Shown here: positions 21,993-34,667 of the stretch, piece by piece
Position numbering within the stretch: the stretch's first letter is position 1
How the letters are laid out: each line of letters begins with the position of its first letter
Assembly: GCA_963712855.1 (NCBI GenBank)
Contig: CAVQJN010000002.1
Span: 51,852-115,851, forward strand
Direction: 5' to 3'
Length of the DNA: 64,000 bases
Source of the DNA: Thermoanaerobaculia bacterium
GTDB taxonomy: Bacteria > Acidobacteriota > Thermoanaerobaculia > Multivoradales > JAGPDF01
Program-made: the position numbers and the translations under genes
Notes under the pieces: model-generated
Database searches by the model: none
Told to the model about the DNA's origin: nothing
What the model saw: only the letters and a program-made list of their open reading frames with translations

Positions 21993-23269
21993 GCTCCGGC
22001 ACGGCGAACGACATTCCGACTCCGGTGCCGGGAGCCGGGCCACGGCCGCTCGACGGCGTGGTGGTTCTCGAGCTGGGGCAGATCCTCGCCGGGCCTTTCG
22101 CGGGAGAGATCCTGGCGGCCTTCGGCGCCGAGGTCATCAAGGTCGAGCCGCCCGACGGCGGCGATCCGATCCGCGGCTGGCGCGGCCTCGATCCGGACGA
22201 CGGCACCTCACTCTGGTGGCGCTCCCTCGGCCGCAACAAGCGGGCGGTGGCGATCGACCTCGCGACGCCGCGCGGCCAGGAGTTGGCGCGCCGGCTGGCG
22301 GCTCAGGCGGACGTGCTGATCGAGAACTTCCGGCCCGGCACCCTCGAGAAGTGGGGGCTGGATCCGGAAAGTCTCTGGACGGCGAACCCGGCGCTCATCG
22401 TGGCGAGGGTGTCGGGGTTCGGTCAGACGGGTCCCTACGCGAATCGTCCCGGCTACGCTTCGGTCTGCGAGGCTTTCGGTGGGCTGCGTCATCTGACCGG
22501 CACGCCGGGCGAGGTCGCGGTACGCTCGAATCTCTCGCTCGGCGATTCGCTCGCCGGGCTCCACGCGGCGCTCGGCATCCTGCTCGCGTTGCGGGCTCGC
22601 GACGCCGATCCCGAGCGGCGCGGTCAGGTGGTCGACGCGTCGATTTTCGAGGCGGTCTTCCACCTCCTCGAGAGCACGGTGCCGGAATACGCGCGGTTGG
22701 GCGTGGTGCGCGGGCCGTCGGGATCCACCATCACCGGGATCGTGCCTTCGAACGCCTATCCCTGCCGCGACGGCCGCCCGGTCGTCGTCGGCGCCAACAA
22801 CACCGCCAACTATCGACGCTTGATGAACGTGGTCGGACGCCCCGACCTGGGCGACGACCCGAGCCTGGCGACCAATCCGGGGCGGGTGGCGCGTCAGGTC
22901 GAGATCGACCGCGCGATCGCGGACTGGACCGCGCAGCGCGACGCCGCCGAGGTGGTCGCTCGACTGGCGGAGGCGGTGGTGCCGGTCTCGACGATGTACA
23001 CCGTGGCCGACATGTTCGCCGATCCGCAGTACCGGGCGCGGGACCTTTTCGAACGGGTCGAGACGAACGGCCGCGAGTGGACCCTCGGTGCCACCGCGCC
23101 GCGCCTCTCGCGCACTCCGGCGCGCACGGAGTGGGCCGGGCGCGGGCTCGGCGAGGACACGCGTGAAATCTTGAGCTCGCGTCTCGGCCTGTCCTTGGCC
23201 GAGATCGAGGAGCTCGCGGCGGCGGGGGTGATCGCGACCGGAAGCGAGCCGGGCGACGCGAGCGGCTAG
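21989..23269 (+). CDS. CaiB/BaiF family III CoA-transferase
   Basis: PLDGVVVLEL, GAEVIKVE, RNKR, DVLIENFRPG, SGFGQTGP. Confidence 0.93.
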   Translation: MSSGTANDIPTPVPGAGPRPLDGVVVLELGQILAGPFAGEILAAFGAEVIKVEPPDGGDPIRGWRGLDPDDGTSLWWRSLGRNKRAVAIDLATPRGQELARRLAAQADVLIENFRPGTLEKWGLDPESLWTANPALIVARVSGFGQTGPYANRPGYASVCEAFGGLRHLTGTPGEVAVRSNLSLGDSLAGLHAALGILLALRARDADPERRGQVVDASIFEAVFHLLESTVPEYARLGVVRGPSGSTITGIVPSNAYPCRDGRPVVVGANNTANYRRLMNVVGRPDLGDDPSLATNPGRVARQVEIDRAIADWTAQRDAAEVVARLAEAVVPVSTMYTVADMFADPQYRARDLFERVETNGREWTLGATAPRLSRTPARTEWAGRGLGEDTREILSSRLGLSLAEIEELAAAGVIATGSEPGDASG

Positions 23270-24531
23270 ACCGCCGGGCCGTGGAAGTCGGGGCCCGGGT
23301 GCGCGGCCGCGAGCGCGGGCTCGAGCGAGTCGATACCCCGTGCCTTCCGGTAGGCCGCGAGCCCGGCGGCGAAAGCGTCGACGGCGCGCACCAGATCCTC
23401 ACGCTTGAGTACGTAGGCGATCCGCACCTCGTCGCGCCCGAGTCCGGGCGTGGCGTAGAAGCCCGGCGCGGGCGCCACCATGACCGTCGTGCCCTGGTGC
23501 TCGAAATCAGCCAGCAGGAAGCGTGCGAACTCGTCGGCGTCGTCGATCGGTAGCCGGGCGACGAAGTAGAAGGCGCCCTCCGGCTTGCGCAGGAAGACGC
23601 CCGGGATCTGGGTCAGCCCGTCGAAGAGCACGTCGCGCCGCGCCTGGTACTCGGTGCGGACCGCCGCGTAGTAGTCGGGGCCGATCTCCGGGATGCCGGT
23701 CGCCATGAGCTGCGCGAGGCCGGGCGGCGAGAGGCGGCCCTGCGCCATCCTCAGGCAGGCCTGGTAGACGTCGGCGTTGCGGGTCGCCAGGCAGCCGAGG
23801 CGGATACCGCAGGCGCTGAAGCGCTTGGAGAGCGAGTCGACCAGGATGACCTGGTCCTCGTAGCCGGCCAGCGAGAGCGCCGAGATGGCCGTCTTGCCGT
23901 CGTAGACGAACTCCCGGTAGACCTCGTCGGAGATCAGGAAGAGCCCGTGGTCGCGGCAGAACTCCGCCACCATCTCGAGCTCCTCGCGGCGCAGCACGGT
24001 GCCGGTCGGGTTGTTCGGATTGCACAGCAGGACGAGCTTGGTGCGCGGCGTCAGGGCACGTTCCCAGGCGTCGCGCGGCGGTAGGTGGAAACCGTCCTCG
24101 CCGCGGGTGGTCAGCGGCACGAGGCGCACCCCGGCCATCGTCGCGTAGGAGTTGTAGTTCGTGTAGTAGGGCTCGCAGACCAACGCCTCGTCGCCGTCGG
24201 AGGTGGTGGCGAAGATCGCGAAGAGAATGGCTTCGCTTCCCGCCGTGGTGGCGAGAAGCTCGCCGAGCGAGAGCTCGAGCCCGAGGTTCGCGTAGTAGCC
24301 CTGCAACGCCGAAAGGTACTCCGGGGTGCCGCCGGAAGGCGTGTAGGCGATCACGCGATCGACCTGAGCGAGCTTGGAGCGCAGGGCGGCCGGCGTCTCG
24401 AGATCCGGCTGCCCGATATTGAGATGGAAGACGTGCACGCCGCGCCGTTTCGCCTCGTCGGCGACCGGCATCAGCCGGCGGATCGGCGAGGCGGGCATGG
24501 CGCGGCCGCGGTTGGAGACCAGAGGTCGCAT
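23266..24531 (-). CDS. Class I/II PLP-dependent (aspartate-type) aminotransferase
   Basis: LNIGQPD, CNPNNPTG, SDEVY, SLSKRFSACGIRLG (PLP lysine), PEGAFY. Confidence 0.93.
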   Translation of the reverse strand: MRPLVSNRGRAMPASPIRRLMPVADEAKRRGVHVFHLNIGQPDLETPAALRSKLAQVDRVIAYTPSGGTPEYLSALQGYYANLGLELSLGELLATTAGSEAILFAIFATTSDGDEALVCEPYYTNYNSYATMAGVRLVPLTTRGEDGFHLPPRDAWERALTPRTKLVLLCNPNNPTGTVLRREELEMVAEFCRDHGLFLISDEVYREFVYDGKTAISALSLAGYEDQVILVDSLSKRFSACGIRLGCLATRNADVYQACLRMAQGRLSPPGLAQLMATGIPEIGPDYYAAVRTEYQARRDVLFDGLTQIPGVFLRKPEGAFYFVARLPIDDADEFARFLLADFEHQGTTVMVAPAPGFYATPGLGRDEVRIAYVLKREDLVRAVDAFAAGLAAYRKARGIDSLEPALAAAHPGPDFHGPAV

Positions 24532-24616
24532 GGGGGAATTCTACGCCGCTTCGCGCATTCCTTCCGATCGCCCGCTTCCCGCGTCCACCGTGGCCCCTGA
24601 TAGGGTTCGCTCGTTC

Positions 24617-26053
24617 ATGAAGAAAAGACCTCCGGCACGGTATTTGGGAGGAGTGTTGCTGGGCGTCGCCGGGTGGCTCATGGCCTGCGGCGGTGCGAGG
24701 CCGGCCGCTCCGGCGAAGTCGGCCACGCGGCCAAACGTGCTCATCGTCGAGCTGGACGCCTGCCGGGCCGACAAGGTCAGCGCCTACGGCTTCGATCGGC
24801 CGACCACCCCGGCGCTCGACGCCCTCGCGGCAGATCCCGACGGGGTCCTCTACGAGTGGGAGCTCGTGCAGGCGCCGCACACCAAGGCCTCGACCGCGAG
24901 CCTGTTCAGTGGCGTCTACGTTTTCCAGCACGGCGTTTTCACGCGCGACGATCTGACCAAGGTGCTGGCGACCGGCGGCCACTATGGGGGGCGCACGCTG
25001 GCCGAGGCCTATCCGACCCTGGCCGAGACGTTCAAGTCGGGCGGGTACCGGACTTACGCCCATCCGCGGATCGGCCACCTGACCGCGAAGGCCGGTTTCG
25101 CGCAGGGCTTCGACGAGTATCTCGACCCGGCGAGGCATCGCAATCAGTGGCGCGAGGAGGCCTACGTGGACGCCGTCGTGAAATTCCTCTCGGCTTCCAC
25201 CCAACCGGGCTTCGCATACATCCACGTGATCGGTTGCCACAACGCGTTTCCACCCATCAAGCGCGATCCGGACTACATGCGCCGCTACGGCGCCGGATTC
25301 GATCAGGAGGCTCTGGCCGCCCGCGGCATCGATCCGGGAAAGCGGGCGTTCAAGTGGGCCATTCGGACGGGTCGGCTCAAGCTCGATCCGGAGGCGGTGC
25401 GATTCGTTCACACCGTCTATGAGTCGGTTCTGAATCGGGTCGACCGGGTGGTGGTGGCGCGCGCGGTCGACGCGCTACGTCGCGCCGGACTCTATGATCG
25501 GACCCTCCTCGTCGTCTCCGCCGACCATGGCGAGGAGCTTTACGATCACGGCAGCTACGCACATGGCCACGCGGTCTGGAACGAAGTGATCCACGTGCCG
25601 TTGATCGTCAAGTTTCCGCGCGGGGGCCGTCCGGCCGGGCTGCCCCACCGCGTCTCGCGAGTCACCCAGTCGATCGACCTCTATCCGGGCCTGGTCGGCT
25701 ACGCGGGCATCCGAGCGCCGGACGGGATCGCCGGACACGACCTGTTCGATCCCGCCGCGCGGCCGGAAATCGCCCTATCGGAGGCGCCGGGAAGCTGGGC
25801 GCTGGTCGAGTTCCCGCTCAAGGCGATCGTCTACACGGAGAAGCACCGCGCCGCCCTCTACGACCTGACGGCCGATCCGCACGAGCTGCACGATCTCGCG
25901 GCCGCCCGCCCCGACGACCTGCGCCGCCTGGTGCACCTCGGCGAGGGGATGATGAAAGTGATGCCGCGCGTCGGTGCGAGCCAGCCGATGACCGACCAGA
26001 AGCTCGACGCGGAGACGATCCGGCAGCTCCGCAGCCTGGGCTACATTCACTAG
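24617..26053 (+). CDS. Sulfatase-like alkaline-phosphatase-superfamily hydrolase/transferase; predicted lipoprotein with Thr at the nucleophile position
   Basis: Lipobox LMAC; PNVLIVELDACRAD; PHTKASTASLFSG in place of CxPxR; SADHGEE; HVPLIVK; LYDLTADPHE; ends LRSLGYIH. Confidence 0.85.
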   Translation: MKKRPPARYLGGVLLGVAGWLMACGGARPAAPAKSATRPNVLIVELDACRADKVSAYGFDRPTTPALDALAADPDGVLYEWELVQAPHTKASTASLFSGVYVFQHGVFTRDDLTKVLATGGHYGGRTLAEAYPTLAETFKSGGYRTYAHPRIGHLTAKAGFAQGFDEYLDPARHRNQWREEAYVDAVVKFLSASTQPGFAYIHVIGCHNAFPPIKRDPDYMRRYGAGFDQEALAARGIDPGKRAFKWAIRTGRLKLDPEAVRFVHTVYESVLNRVDRVVVARAVDALRRAGLYDRTLLVVSADHGEELYDHGSYAHGHAVWNEVIHVPLIVKFPRGGRPAGLPHRVSRVTQSIDLYPGLVGYAGIRAPDGIAGHDLFDPAARPEIALSEAPGSWALVEFPLKAIVYTEKHRAALYDLTADPHELHDLAAARPDDLRRLVHLGEGMMKVMPRVGASQPMTDQKLDAETIRQLRSLGYIH

Positions 26054-26178
26054 GGGCGCTTTCGGGTGTCGAGCGCCTCGATAGCGGGCGAGCTGACCTC
26101 GAGGTGGTGGACGGTGACACCGCTCGGCGTCGGCGACGACCCGCGTCGGCCGACGCCGCTACGTGGGAGGATCTCGCT

Positions 26179-26721
26179 ATGAAACAAGTCGCTCCACTGC
26201 CGGCGGCGGCCCGGCGGGACGCTCAGACGGTGACCGCGGCGGGTGAGAGCACCGCGCAACTGCCCGACGGCATGACGTTTTGCGACGTGACGACGCACGT
26301 TGACGATCGTGGCCAGGTCTGTGAAATGTTCGATCCGCGGTGGGCCTGGCACCCGGCACCCCTCGTCTTCTCCTACCTGTTCACGGTGCGGCCCGGATGG
26401 GTGAAGGGCTGGGGGATGCACTTGGAGCACGAGGACCGCTACTTCCTCGTGCACGGGGAGATGGAGGTCGTGCTCTTCGACGATCGCGAGAGCTCGCCCA
26501 CCCGAGGGCTGGTCAGCAAGGTCTATCTGTCGGAGTTCCGACGGCGGCTGGTGAATGTTCCTGCCGGGGTCTGGCACGCCGACCACAACGTCGGCAGCGT
26601 GGACTGTCTGGTCGTCAACTTTCCGACGATCCCCTACGACCACGCCGCCCCGGACAAGTACCGCCTACCGCTCGACAACGACTACATCCCCCATCGGTTC
26701 GAGGGCGTCAAGGGTTGGTGA
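26179..26721 (+). CDS. RmlC-like cupin (dTDP-4-dehydrorhamnose 3,5-epimerase family)
   Basis: HVDDRG, VKGWGMHLEHED, DDRESSPT, VPAGVWH. GGGAGG before ATG 26179. Confidence 0.82.
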   Translation: MKQVAPLPAAARRDAQTVTAAGESTAQLPDGMTFCDVTTHVDDRGQVCEMFDPRWAWHPAPLVFSYLFTVRPGWVKGWGMHLEHEDRYFLVHGEMEVVLFDDRESSPTRGLVSKVYLSEFRRRLVNVPAGVWHADHNVGSVDCLVVNFPTIPYDHAAPDKYRLPLDNDYIPHRFEGVKGW

Positions 26722-27715
26722 CGGCGGGCGGCTCGGTTTCCCGACGCCGTCTTTCCCAGGCTTCGTAGGCCGCCAGCACCTCATCGTCGAGGCGGCCGAG
26801 GCGGAGCTGTTGCGCGTCCGGGTCGAGCGCGAAGCGCCGCAGCCGCCTGGCCGGGGACTTCGCGAAGGCGCGGGCCAACGCGCCTGCCTCCTCGCGAACG
26901 CGCTCGCGTGCGGCCGCGATTCCGGCCGGAGTGAGGTCCACGGCCGGTCGGAGGGACAACGTCTCCGGCCACTTGTTCAAAATGCGCTGTCGGTTGCGCA
27001 GGGTGAGGAACTCCCGAAACCCGGAGCTCGTGCTCGAGCCCCGACGGTGGACGACGCGCGACTCCGGTGCGAGCAGCACGGTCCTTCCGACGGAGCGGAT
27101 CGCCAGGCAGAGATCGACGTCGACGTAGTAACCGGGGTGGAGCCGCTCGTCGAGACCGCCGACCGAGTCGAATACGTTGCTACGGACGACGGTCGCGGCG
27201 GTGCCGCCGTAATCGATCGGCTCCACGGCGTCGAATGACTCGATCGGAGGCGGGTCTCCAGAGGGCCAGGGCACGGTCGTCCAACCCTCGCGCCAGAGGA
27301 GCGATCCCGCGCTCTGCAAGGAGCCTCCGGGATCGAGCACCAAGCTCGAGACGGCGCCCGCGTCCGGATGACGGGCGAGCGCGGCGGCGATCGGGGGAAA
27401 CCAGCCGGGCTCGATGCGAGAGTCGTCATGCAGGAGAGCGAGCAGATGGCCCCTGGCGGCGTGACGGGCGCGGTTGTAGCCGCCGGCGACGCCGAGGTTG
27501 ACCGGGGAGTCCAGGACGAGGAGCGGCTCGTGCCGCTTCGCCACGACCGCCTTCACCTCGGGAGTCGCGCGGCTCAGGACGACGATCGTCTCTCTCGTCA
27601 AGTTCGAAGGCAGATTCCGCAGGAGCGCGTCGAGCGCCTCGACGAGGCTCGCCGCCTGGCTCGTGGTGACGATCAGCAGCGAGAGCTCGGGGGCGTCGGG
27701 CGAGCCGGCACGCAT
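26708..27715 (-). CDS. Glycosyltransferase family 2
   Basis: NLGVAGGYN, LLHDD (DxD-like), VGGLDERLHPGYYVDVDLC, VVHRRGSS. Confidence 0.88.
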   Translation of the reverse strand: MRAGSPDAPELSLLIVTTSQAASLVEALDALLRNLPSNLTRETIVVLSRATPEVKAVVAKRHEPLLVLDSPVNLGVAGGYNRARHAARGHLLALLHDDSRIEPGWFPPIAAALARHPDAGAVSSLVLDPGGSLQSAGSLLWREGWTTVPWPSGDPPPIESFDAVEPIDYGGTAATVVRSNVFDSVGGLDERLHPGYYVDVDLCLAIRSVGRTVLLAPESRVVHRRGSSTSSGFREFLTLRNRQRILNKWPETLSLRPAVDLTPAGIAAARERVREEAGALARAFAKSPARRLRRFALDPDAQQLRLGRLDDEVLAAYEAWERRRRETEPPAVTNP

Positions 27716-27732
27716 GGCATCCCGCTCGAGGC

Positions 27733-29314
<1,582 letters not shown>

Positions 29315-29375
29315 TCAGGATATGGCGATCGCCCGCGGGGCGCAACCGACCCCGCCGGCGCGCCGCGGGCCGACC

Positions 29376-29867
29376 TCAGTCGCGCGGGTCGGTGGCGTCG
29401 TCGACCAGCAGGCCGAGCAGGTCCGAAGTGGTCAGAATGCCGACCACCTTTTTGTCGCGGGTGACGAGAAGCCGGTGCAGATGCGAGTGGATCAACTTCT
29501 CGGCGACCTGGGAGATCGGCGCCTCCTCGTCGACGGCGAAGATACGCGGCGTCATGATCTCGCCGACCGTGGCGTCGGACTCGGCGACGCGAAGTCCCGC
29601 CAGGTCCTCGGGGTTGAACTTCTCTTCCCAGCTCCGCACGTAGTAGTCGGCTTCGGGGTGGTCGATGACCGCTTGGTCGCGGCCGGTGAACGAGGCGGCG
29701 ACGTCGGTCAGCGAGACGACGCCGATCAGGCGTCCCTCGGAATCCTCGACCGGGGCTCCGGAGATCTCGCTGTCGATCAGGAACTCGGCGAGCTCGGCGA
29801 CGCTCCACTCGTCGCGCACCGTGATCACTTCGGAATTCATGACATCTTTGGCGACCAGGGCTCTCAT
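29376..29867 (-). CDS. Tandem CBS-domain protein
   Basis: [53 protein letters not shown] before ATG 29867. Confidence 0.9.
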   Translation of the reverse strand: MRALVAKDVMNSEVITVRDEWSVAELAEFLIDSEISGAPVEDSEGRLIGVVSLTDVAASFTGRDQAVIDHPEADYYVRSWEEKFNPEDLAGLRVAESDATVGEIMTPRIFAVDEEAPISQVAEKLIHSHLHRLLVTRDKKVVGILTTSDLLGLLVDDATDPRD

Positions 29868-29958
29868 GACGACCTCCCGGATCGGGGCCGGCTTGAGCGC
29901 CGGCACGAAGAGGCTAGCGCGCCCGCATCACGAGCGCCACCGTACGGCGGGGTAGGGG

Positions 29959-31195
<1,237 letters not shown>

Positions 31196-31220
31196 CGAGC
31201 GCCGGAGATTAACAGAGGGA

Positions 31221-32558
31221 TCAGCGCCCGCCGCCCGGAGGCGCGATGGGCGGCAGCCGCCAGCTGGTCAGCGCTTGGCGCCGCGCGTCGGCCTCGTGCA
31301 TGGCCTGCGGCGTCGGGCCCTGGTGGCCCGCCAGCGGCCGCAGCGCGGAGAGTTGGATCCGAGCGCCGTGATCTTCGGTCCGCGTGTAGGCCGGGACCGT
31401 GCCGCTCGCCGGATCGGGACGCTCGGCCCCGGGCAGGTCGCCCAGCGAGCTCGGGAAATCGCCGCCGAGGCTCGCCCGGCGAGCGAGGCCGACCGTGAGC
31501 CCAGCGAGCTGCTCGATGGCCGCGTCGACCTGCAGCTTGCGCAACCCGTCGAGAAGGGTGGGAAGGAGCCGGTCGCGCACGGTGGGTAGCGGCGCAGTCG
31601 GATCGAGCCAACGGCGCAACTTGCTGAAGCTCGATTCGGCGAGCTCGCGGTCCGGCGGCCAACTCGCCTGAGGACGGCGGGCGAGTCCGGCGAGGCGCCC
31701 CCAGCTCACCAGATAGCCGGCGATCACGTGGCCTTCGCTCCACGGCCAGAGCAGGGCTTCCGCGCGCTCGCGGAACGAGCCGGCCGGCGGCGCGGCGAAG
31801 GGACGTTCCAACATGGCCGCGCCGAAGACCGCCTCGCCGTGCGCGATCTCGGCCGGGCCGGGCAGGCGGGCGAGCTCGGTGAGCTGGAGTTCCGCCCGAG
31901 CGAGCCCTTCACCGGTCATGCCGCGAGCGAGGGCGTGGCGAAGCAGGTCGAGCTGGATCTCCTCGGCCGCGCCGCCGAGCAGACCGAAGAACGCCACCGG
32001 TTCGCGGCGCAGGACGCGGGTGATGCCGTGCAGGGTCGCGAGGTCGGCGTCCAGGCGCCGATCGTCGCCGCTCGCGATAGCTTCCCGGCCGTCTGCCGAG
32101 ACCAGTTGGGCGGCCCATAACCAACCGGCGAGCGCGAAGCGCTCCGCGCCGCCGTGGAAGAGATCCGGGCGCGGACCGAAGCTCGATTGGGCCAGAGCTG
32201 CGGCCGCGCGCAGGCGGGCGAGCGCGGCGGCCTGCCGGGTGGTCAACAGCCGGACCGCCGTGAGGTCATCCGTGCTCGGCGGCGTCAGACGGCGCACCCG
32301 TCGGATCAACGTGTTCTCGTCCGGATTGAGCGTGAGGCTGTGAATGGCCCCCGCGAGGGCGCGGGCGGCGTTCTGGTCGTCCGGTATCGAGGGCGCCGCG
32401 AGGCTCGCGGGATCGAGTGGCCCGACCGCGCGCTCGAAGCGCGCCCGTTCGCGCGCCAGCACCCACCCGCCGAGGGATTTCCCGGCGACGATGCGAGCCG
32501 CGACGAGACTCAGGAGGACCCCGATCAGAAGGAGCGTTCGGCGCGCGGCGCGCCGCAT
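31221..32558 (-). CDS. Hypothetical membrane-anchored, mostly helical protein; C-terminus resembles a GspG/pseudopilin-type globular segment
   Basis: N-terminal TM helix, PDDQNAA motif, C-terminal [10 protein letters not shown]...[14 protein letters not shown] before ATG 32558. Lies co-directionally between dapF and tyrS. Confidence 0.65.
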   Translation of the reverse strand: MRRAARRTLLLIGVLLSLVAARIVAGKSLGGWVLARERARFERAVGPLDPASLAAPSIPDDQNAARALAGAIHSLTLNPDENTLIRRVRRLTPPSTDDLTAVRLLTTRQAAALARLRAAAALAQSSFGPRPDLFHGGAERFALAGWLWAAQLVSADGREAIASGDDRRLDADLATLHGITRVLRREPVAFFGLLGGAAEEIQLDLLRHALARGMTGEGLARAELQLTELARLPGPAEIAHGEAVFGAAMLERPFAAPPAGSFRERAEALLWPWSEGHVIAGYLVSWGRLAGLARRPQASWPPDRELAESSFSKLRRWLDPTAPLPTVRDRLLPTLLDGLRKLQVDAAIEQLAGLTVGLARRASLGGDFPSSLGDLPGAERPDPASGTVPAYTRTEDHGARIQLSALRPLAGHQGPTPQAMHEADARRQALTSWRLPPIAPPGGGR

Positions 32559-32643
32559 CAGAGCTGTTTCCTCGGGCGGCGACGGGGGTTCACGAAGGCG
32601 CTCTCGACGGAGCGGCCGCAACCGGCCAGAGGATCGCGGAGGC

Positions 32644-33486
32644 TCAGCTCGACCAGACCGGCGGAGATGGAGCCGACCACGAAGCTTCCGGGCGGAGCTC
32701 GATTTCGCCGAGCAGGCGGGCGTCGCCGGCCAGGGTCCAACGGCTCGGCGCGGAACCGACCGTCTCGCCAGCCACCTCGAGCGTGAAACCGCCGCGGGTG
32801 AGCGCGCGCACCGGAAGGCGGTTCAGGCTGAGCTGCAGGCCCACCGCCACGGAAGCCAGCACGCCCGTGCCGCACGCCAGGGTCTCCGCCTCCACGCCGC
32901 GCTCGAAGCTTCGTACTTCGGCGCGATGAAGGTCCGGAAAACGGACGAAGTCGACGTTGGTGCCGGCCGGCGCGAAGTGCTCGTGGCGACGCAGCAGCGC
33001 GCCGAGACGCGCCACCGGGCAACTCTCGAGACTTTCCGGCCAGACGACCACGAAGTGTGGCACGCCGACGGTCACGGACCAGCCCTCCACGCGGGTGTTC
33101 TCGATGGCGAGCTCGACCCGGCGCGGCAGACCGTGGGGAGCCGGCAGCTCGAGGGCGATCTCCGTGGCGCCGACGGCCCGGGCGCGGAGCGGCCCGGCGC
33201 CGGTCTCGATCGTGACCTCATCCTGCCCCCAGCCCCGATCGAGCGCCAGCCGGGCCGCGCAGCGGGTGCCGTTGATGCACAGAGCGGCGGGTCGGCCGTC
33301 GGCGTTCCAGTACTTCATCTCGACCGGCCCGGAGTCCCGGCGGCGGATCGCGAAGACGCCATCCGCCCCCAGCGAGAGTCCGCGCGCACACCAGGCGACG
33401 ATCTCCTCGCGGGTGGGATCGCGTTCCGGCTGGACGAGCGCGAGGAAGTCGTTTCCTCCTCCCGACGCGACGAAGACGCGATTCAT
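32644..33486 (-). CDS. dapF: Diaminopimelate epimerase
   Basis: GGGNDF, WNADG..ALCINGTRC, GVPH, GTNVDF, ERGVEAETLACGTG (both catalytic Cys present). Confidence 0.93.
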   Translation of the reverse strand: MNRVFVASGGGNDFLALVQPERDPTREEIVAWCARGLSLGADGVFAIRRRDSGPVEMKYWNADGRPAALCINGTRCAARLALDRGWGQDEVTIETGAGPLRARAVGATEIALELPAPHGLPRRVELAIENTRVEGWSVTVGVPHFVVVWPESLESCPVARLGALLRRHEHFAPAGTNVDFVRFPDLHRAEVRSFERGVEAETLACGTGVLASVAVGLQLSLNRLPVRALTRGGFTLEVAGETVGSAPSRWTLAGDARLLGEIELRPEASWSAPSPPVWSS

Positions 33487-34667
33487 CGCAACAGGGTCTG
33501 TGCCGGCTTGCTGGGCGGCGAGAAGTTGCCCGCCCGATCGACGGCGAGCACCCGGTAGTGCAGCTCGATCCCGCGTGGCGCGCCGCGGTCGGTCTGTTCC
33601 TGCGCGAGCACCGGTGTCGCATTGAGACGATGGAATTTCCCGCTCCCCTCGGCGCGCTCGATCAGGTAGCCGGCCAAGTCCGAATCCGGGCTTCCCTCCC
33701 ACACCAGTTGCACTTCGTTGCCGAGCACCACGGCATGGAGCTCGCTGGGCGGCGCAGGCGGGAAGATGTCGCGATAGTCGACCTCACGCTCCACCGTCGG
33801 CGTGCTCTCGATGGGCGGTTCCATGGAAGCGAGCGTGAGCACGGTATAGATGTACCGGTTGCCATAGACGGCGGAGGAGTCGAAGAAGTCGGCCGAGTCG
33901 CAGGTCAGAGTGACCAGGGGGTGGGTTCCCCAGCCCGGCTCGGTGGCGCTGCGCCGGTAGATGGCGTATCCGTTGGCTACCGTGACGCGCGACCAGGAGA
34001 GCGCGATTCCCGCCCGCCTCGCCTCGACCACCAGGTTGTCGGGCGCCGGCGGGGGCGGTGTCGGTACCAGGCCGACGCCGTTGGACCAGGGCGAGATGTC
34101 GCCCTTGGTCGCCTTCGTGCGGACGGCGAAGATAGTGGCCTGCGGCAGGCTCGCGGTGGTGGAGGGCGCGGCGGACGTCGACAGGGTGGCCTCGCCCGGG
34201 GTCTTGGTCGCGGCGGCGGGAGGCGTCGTCGCCGCCGGGACCGGCAAGGCCGCGGCGGCCGCCGGAGCGGTGGGCAGAGTGACCGGGAGTCGGATCCGGA
34301 TCTTGCCACCCGCCACCGCCGCGTCGAGATCCGCGCCGGTCAGCTCGAGGACCGGCTTGGCGAGCGCATCGAGGTCGGTCTCGACCACCTTGACGGCTGT
34401 GCCCGGGGGCGGTGCGGTGCGCTGGAGCTCGTAGACGGTCGCCGATTCGAGGCCCGGCAGCGGGAGGCCGGCCACCGTGGAGGCCGGGTAGGAGAACTCG
34501 AGCAGGAACTCCATGCCCCGCTGCCGTACCGTGAGGTCCTTGGCCGGCTGCGGGATGGTGCGCGGGCGCGGCGCGGGCGCGCCCTGCTTGCCGCAGCCGA
34601 GCCAGAGAGTCAAGGGGGCGAGCAGGACGAGAGCGACGGTGGCGCGACGCAAGCGATCAGAGGACAT
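33483..34667 (-). CDS. Lipoprotein with CGKQG N-terminus and fibronectin type III-like domains
   Basis: Lipobox WLGC followed by [10 protein letters not shown]3-like LSWS..GYAIYRR and [27 protein letters not shown]. Confidence 0.8.
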   Translation of the reverse strand: MSSDRLRRATVALVLLAPLTLWLGCGKQGAPAPRPRTIPQPAKDLTVRQRGMEFLLEFSYPASTVAGLPLPGLESATVYELQRTAPPPGTAVKVVETDLDALAKPVLELTGADLDAAVAGGKIRIRLPVTLPTAPAAAAALPVPAATTPPAAATKTPGEATLSTSAAPSTTASLPQATIFAVRTKATKGDISPWSNGVGLVPTPPPPAPDNLVVEARRAGIALSWSRVTVANGYAIYRRSATEPGWGTHPLVTLTCDSADFFDSSAVYGNRYIYTVLTLASMEPPIESTPTVEREVDYRDIFPPAPPSELHAVVLGNEVQLVWEGSPDSDLAGYLIERAEGSGKFHRLNATPVLAQEQTDRGAPRGIELHYRVLAVDRAGNFSPPSKPAQTLLR

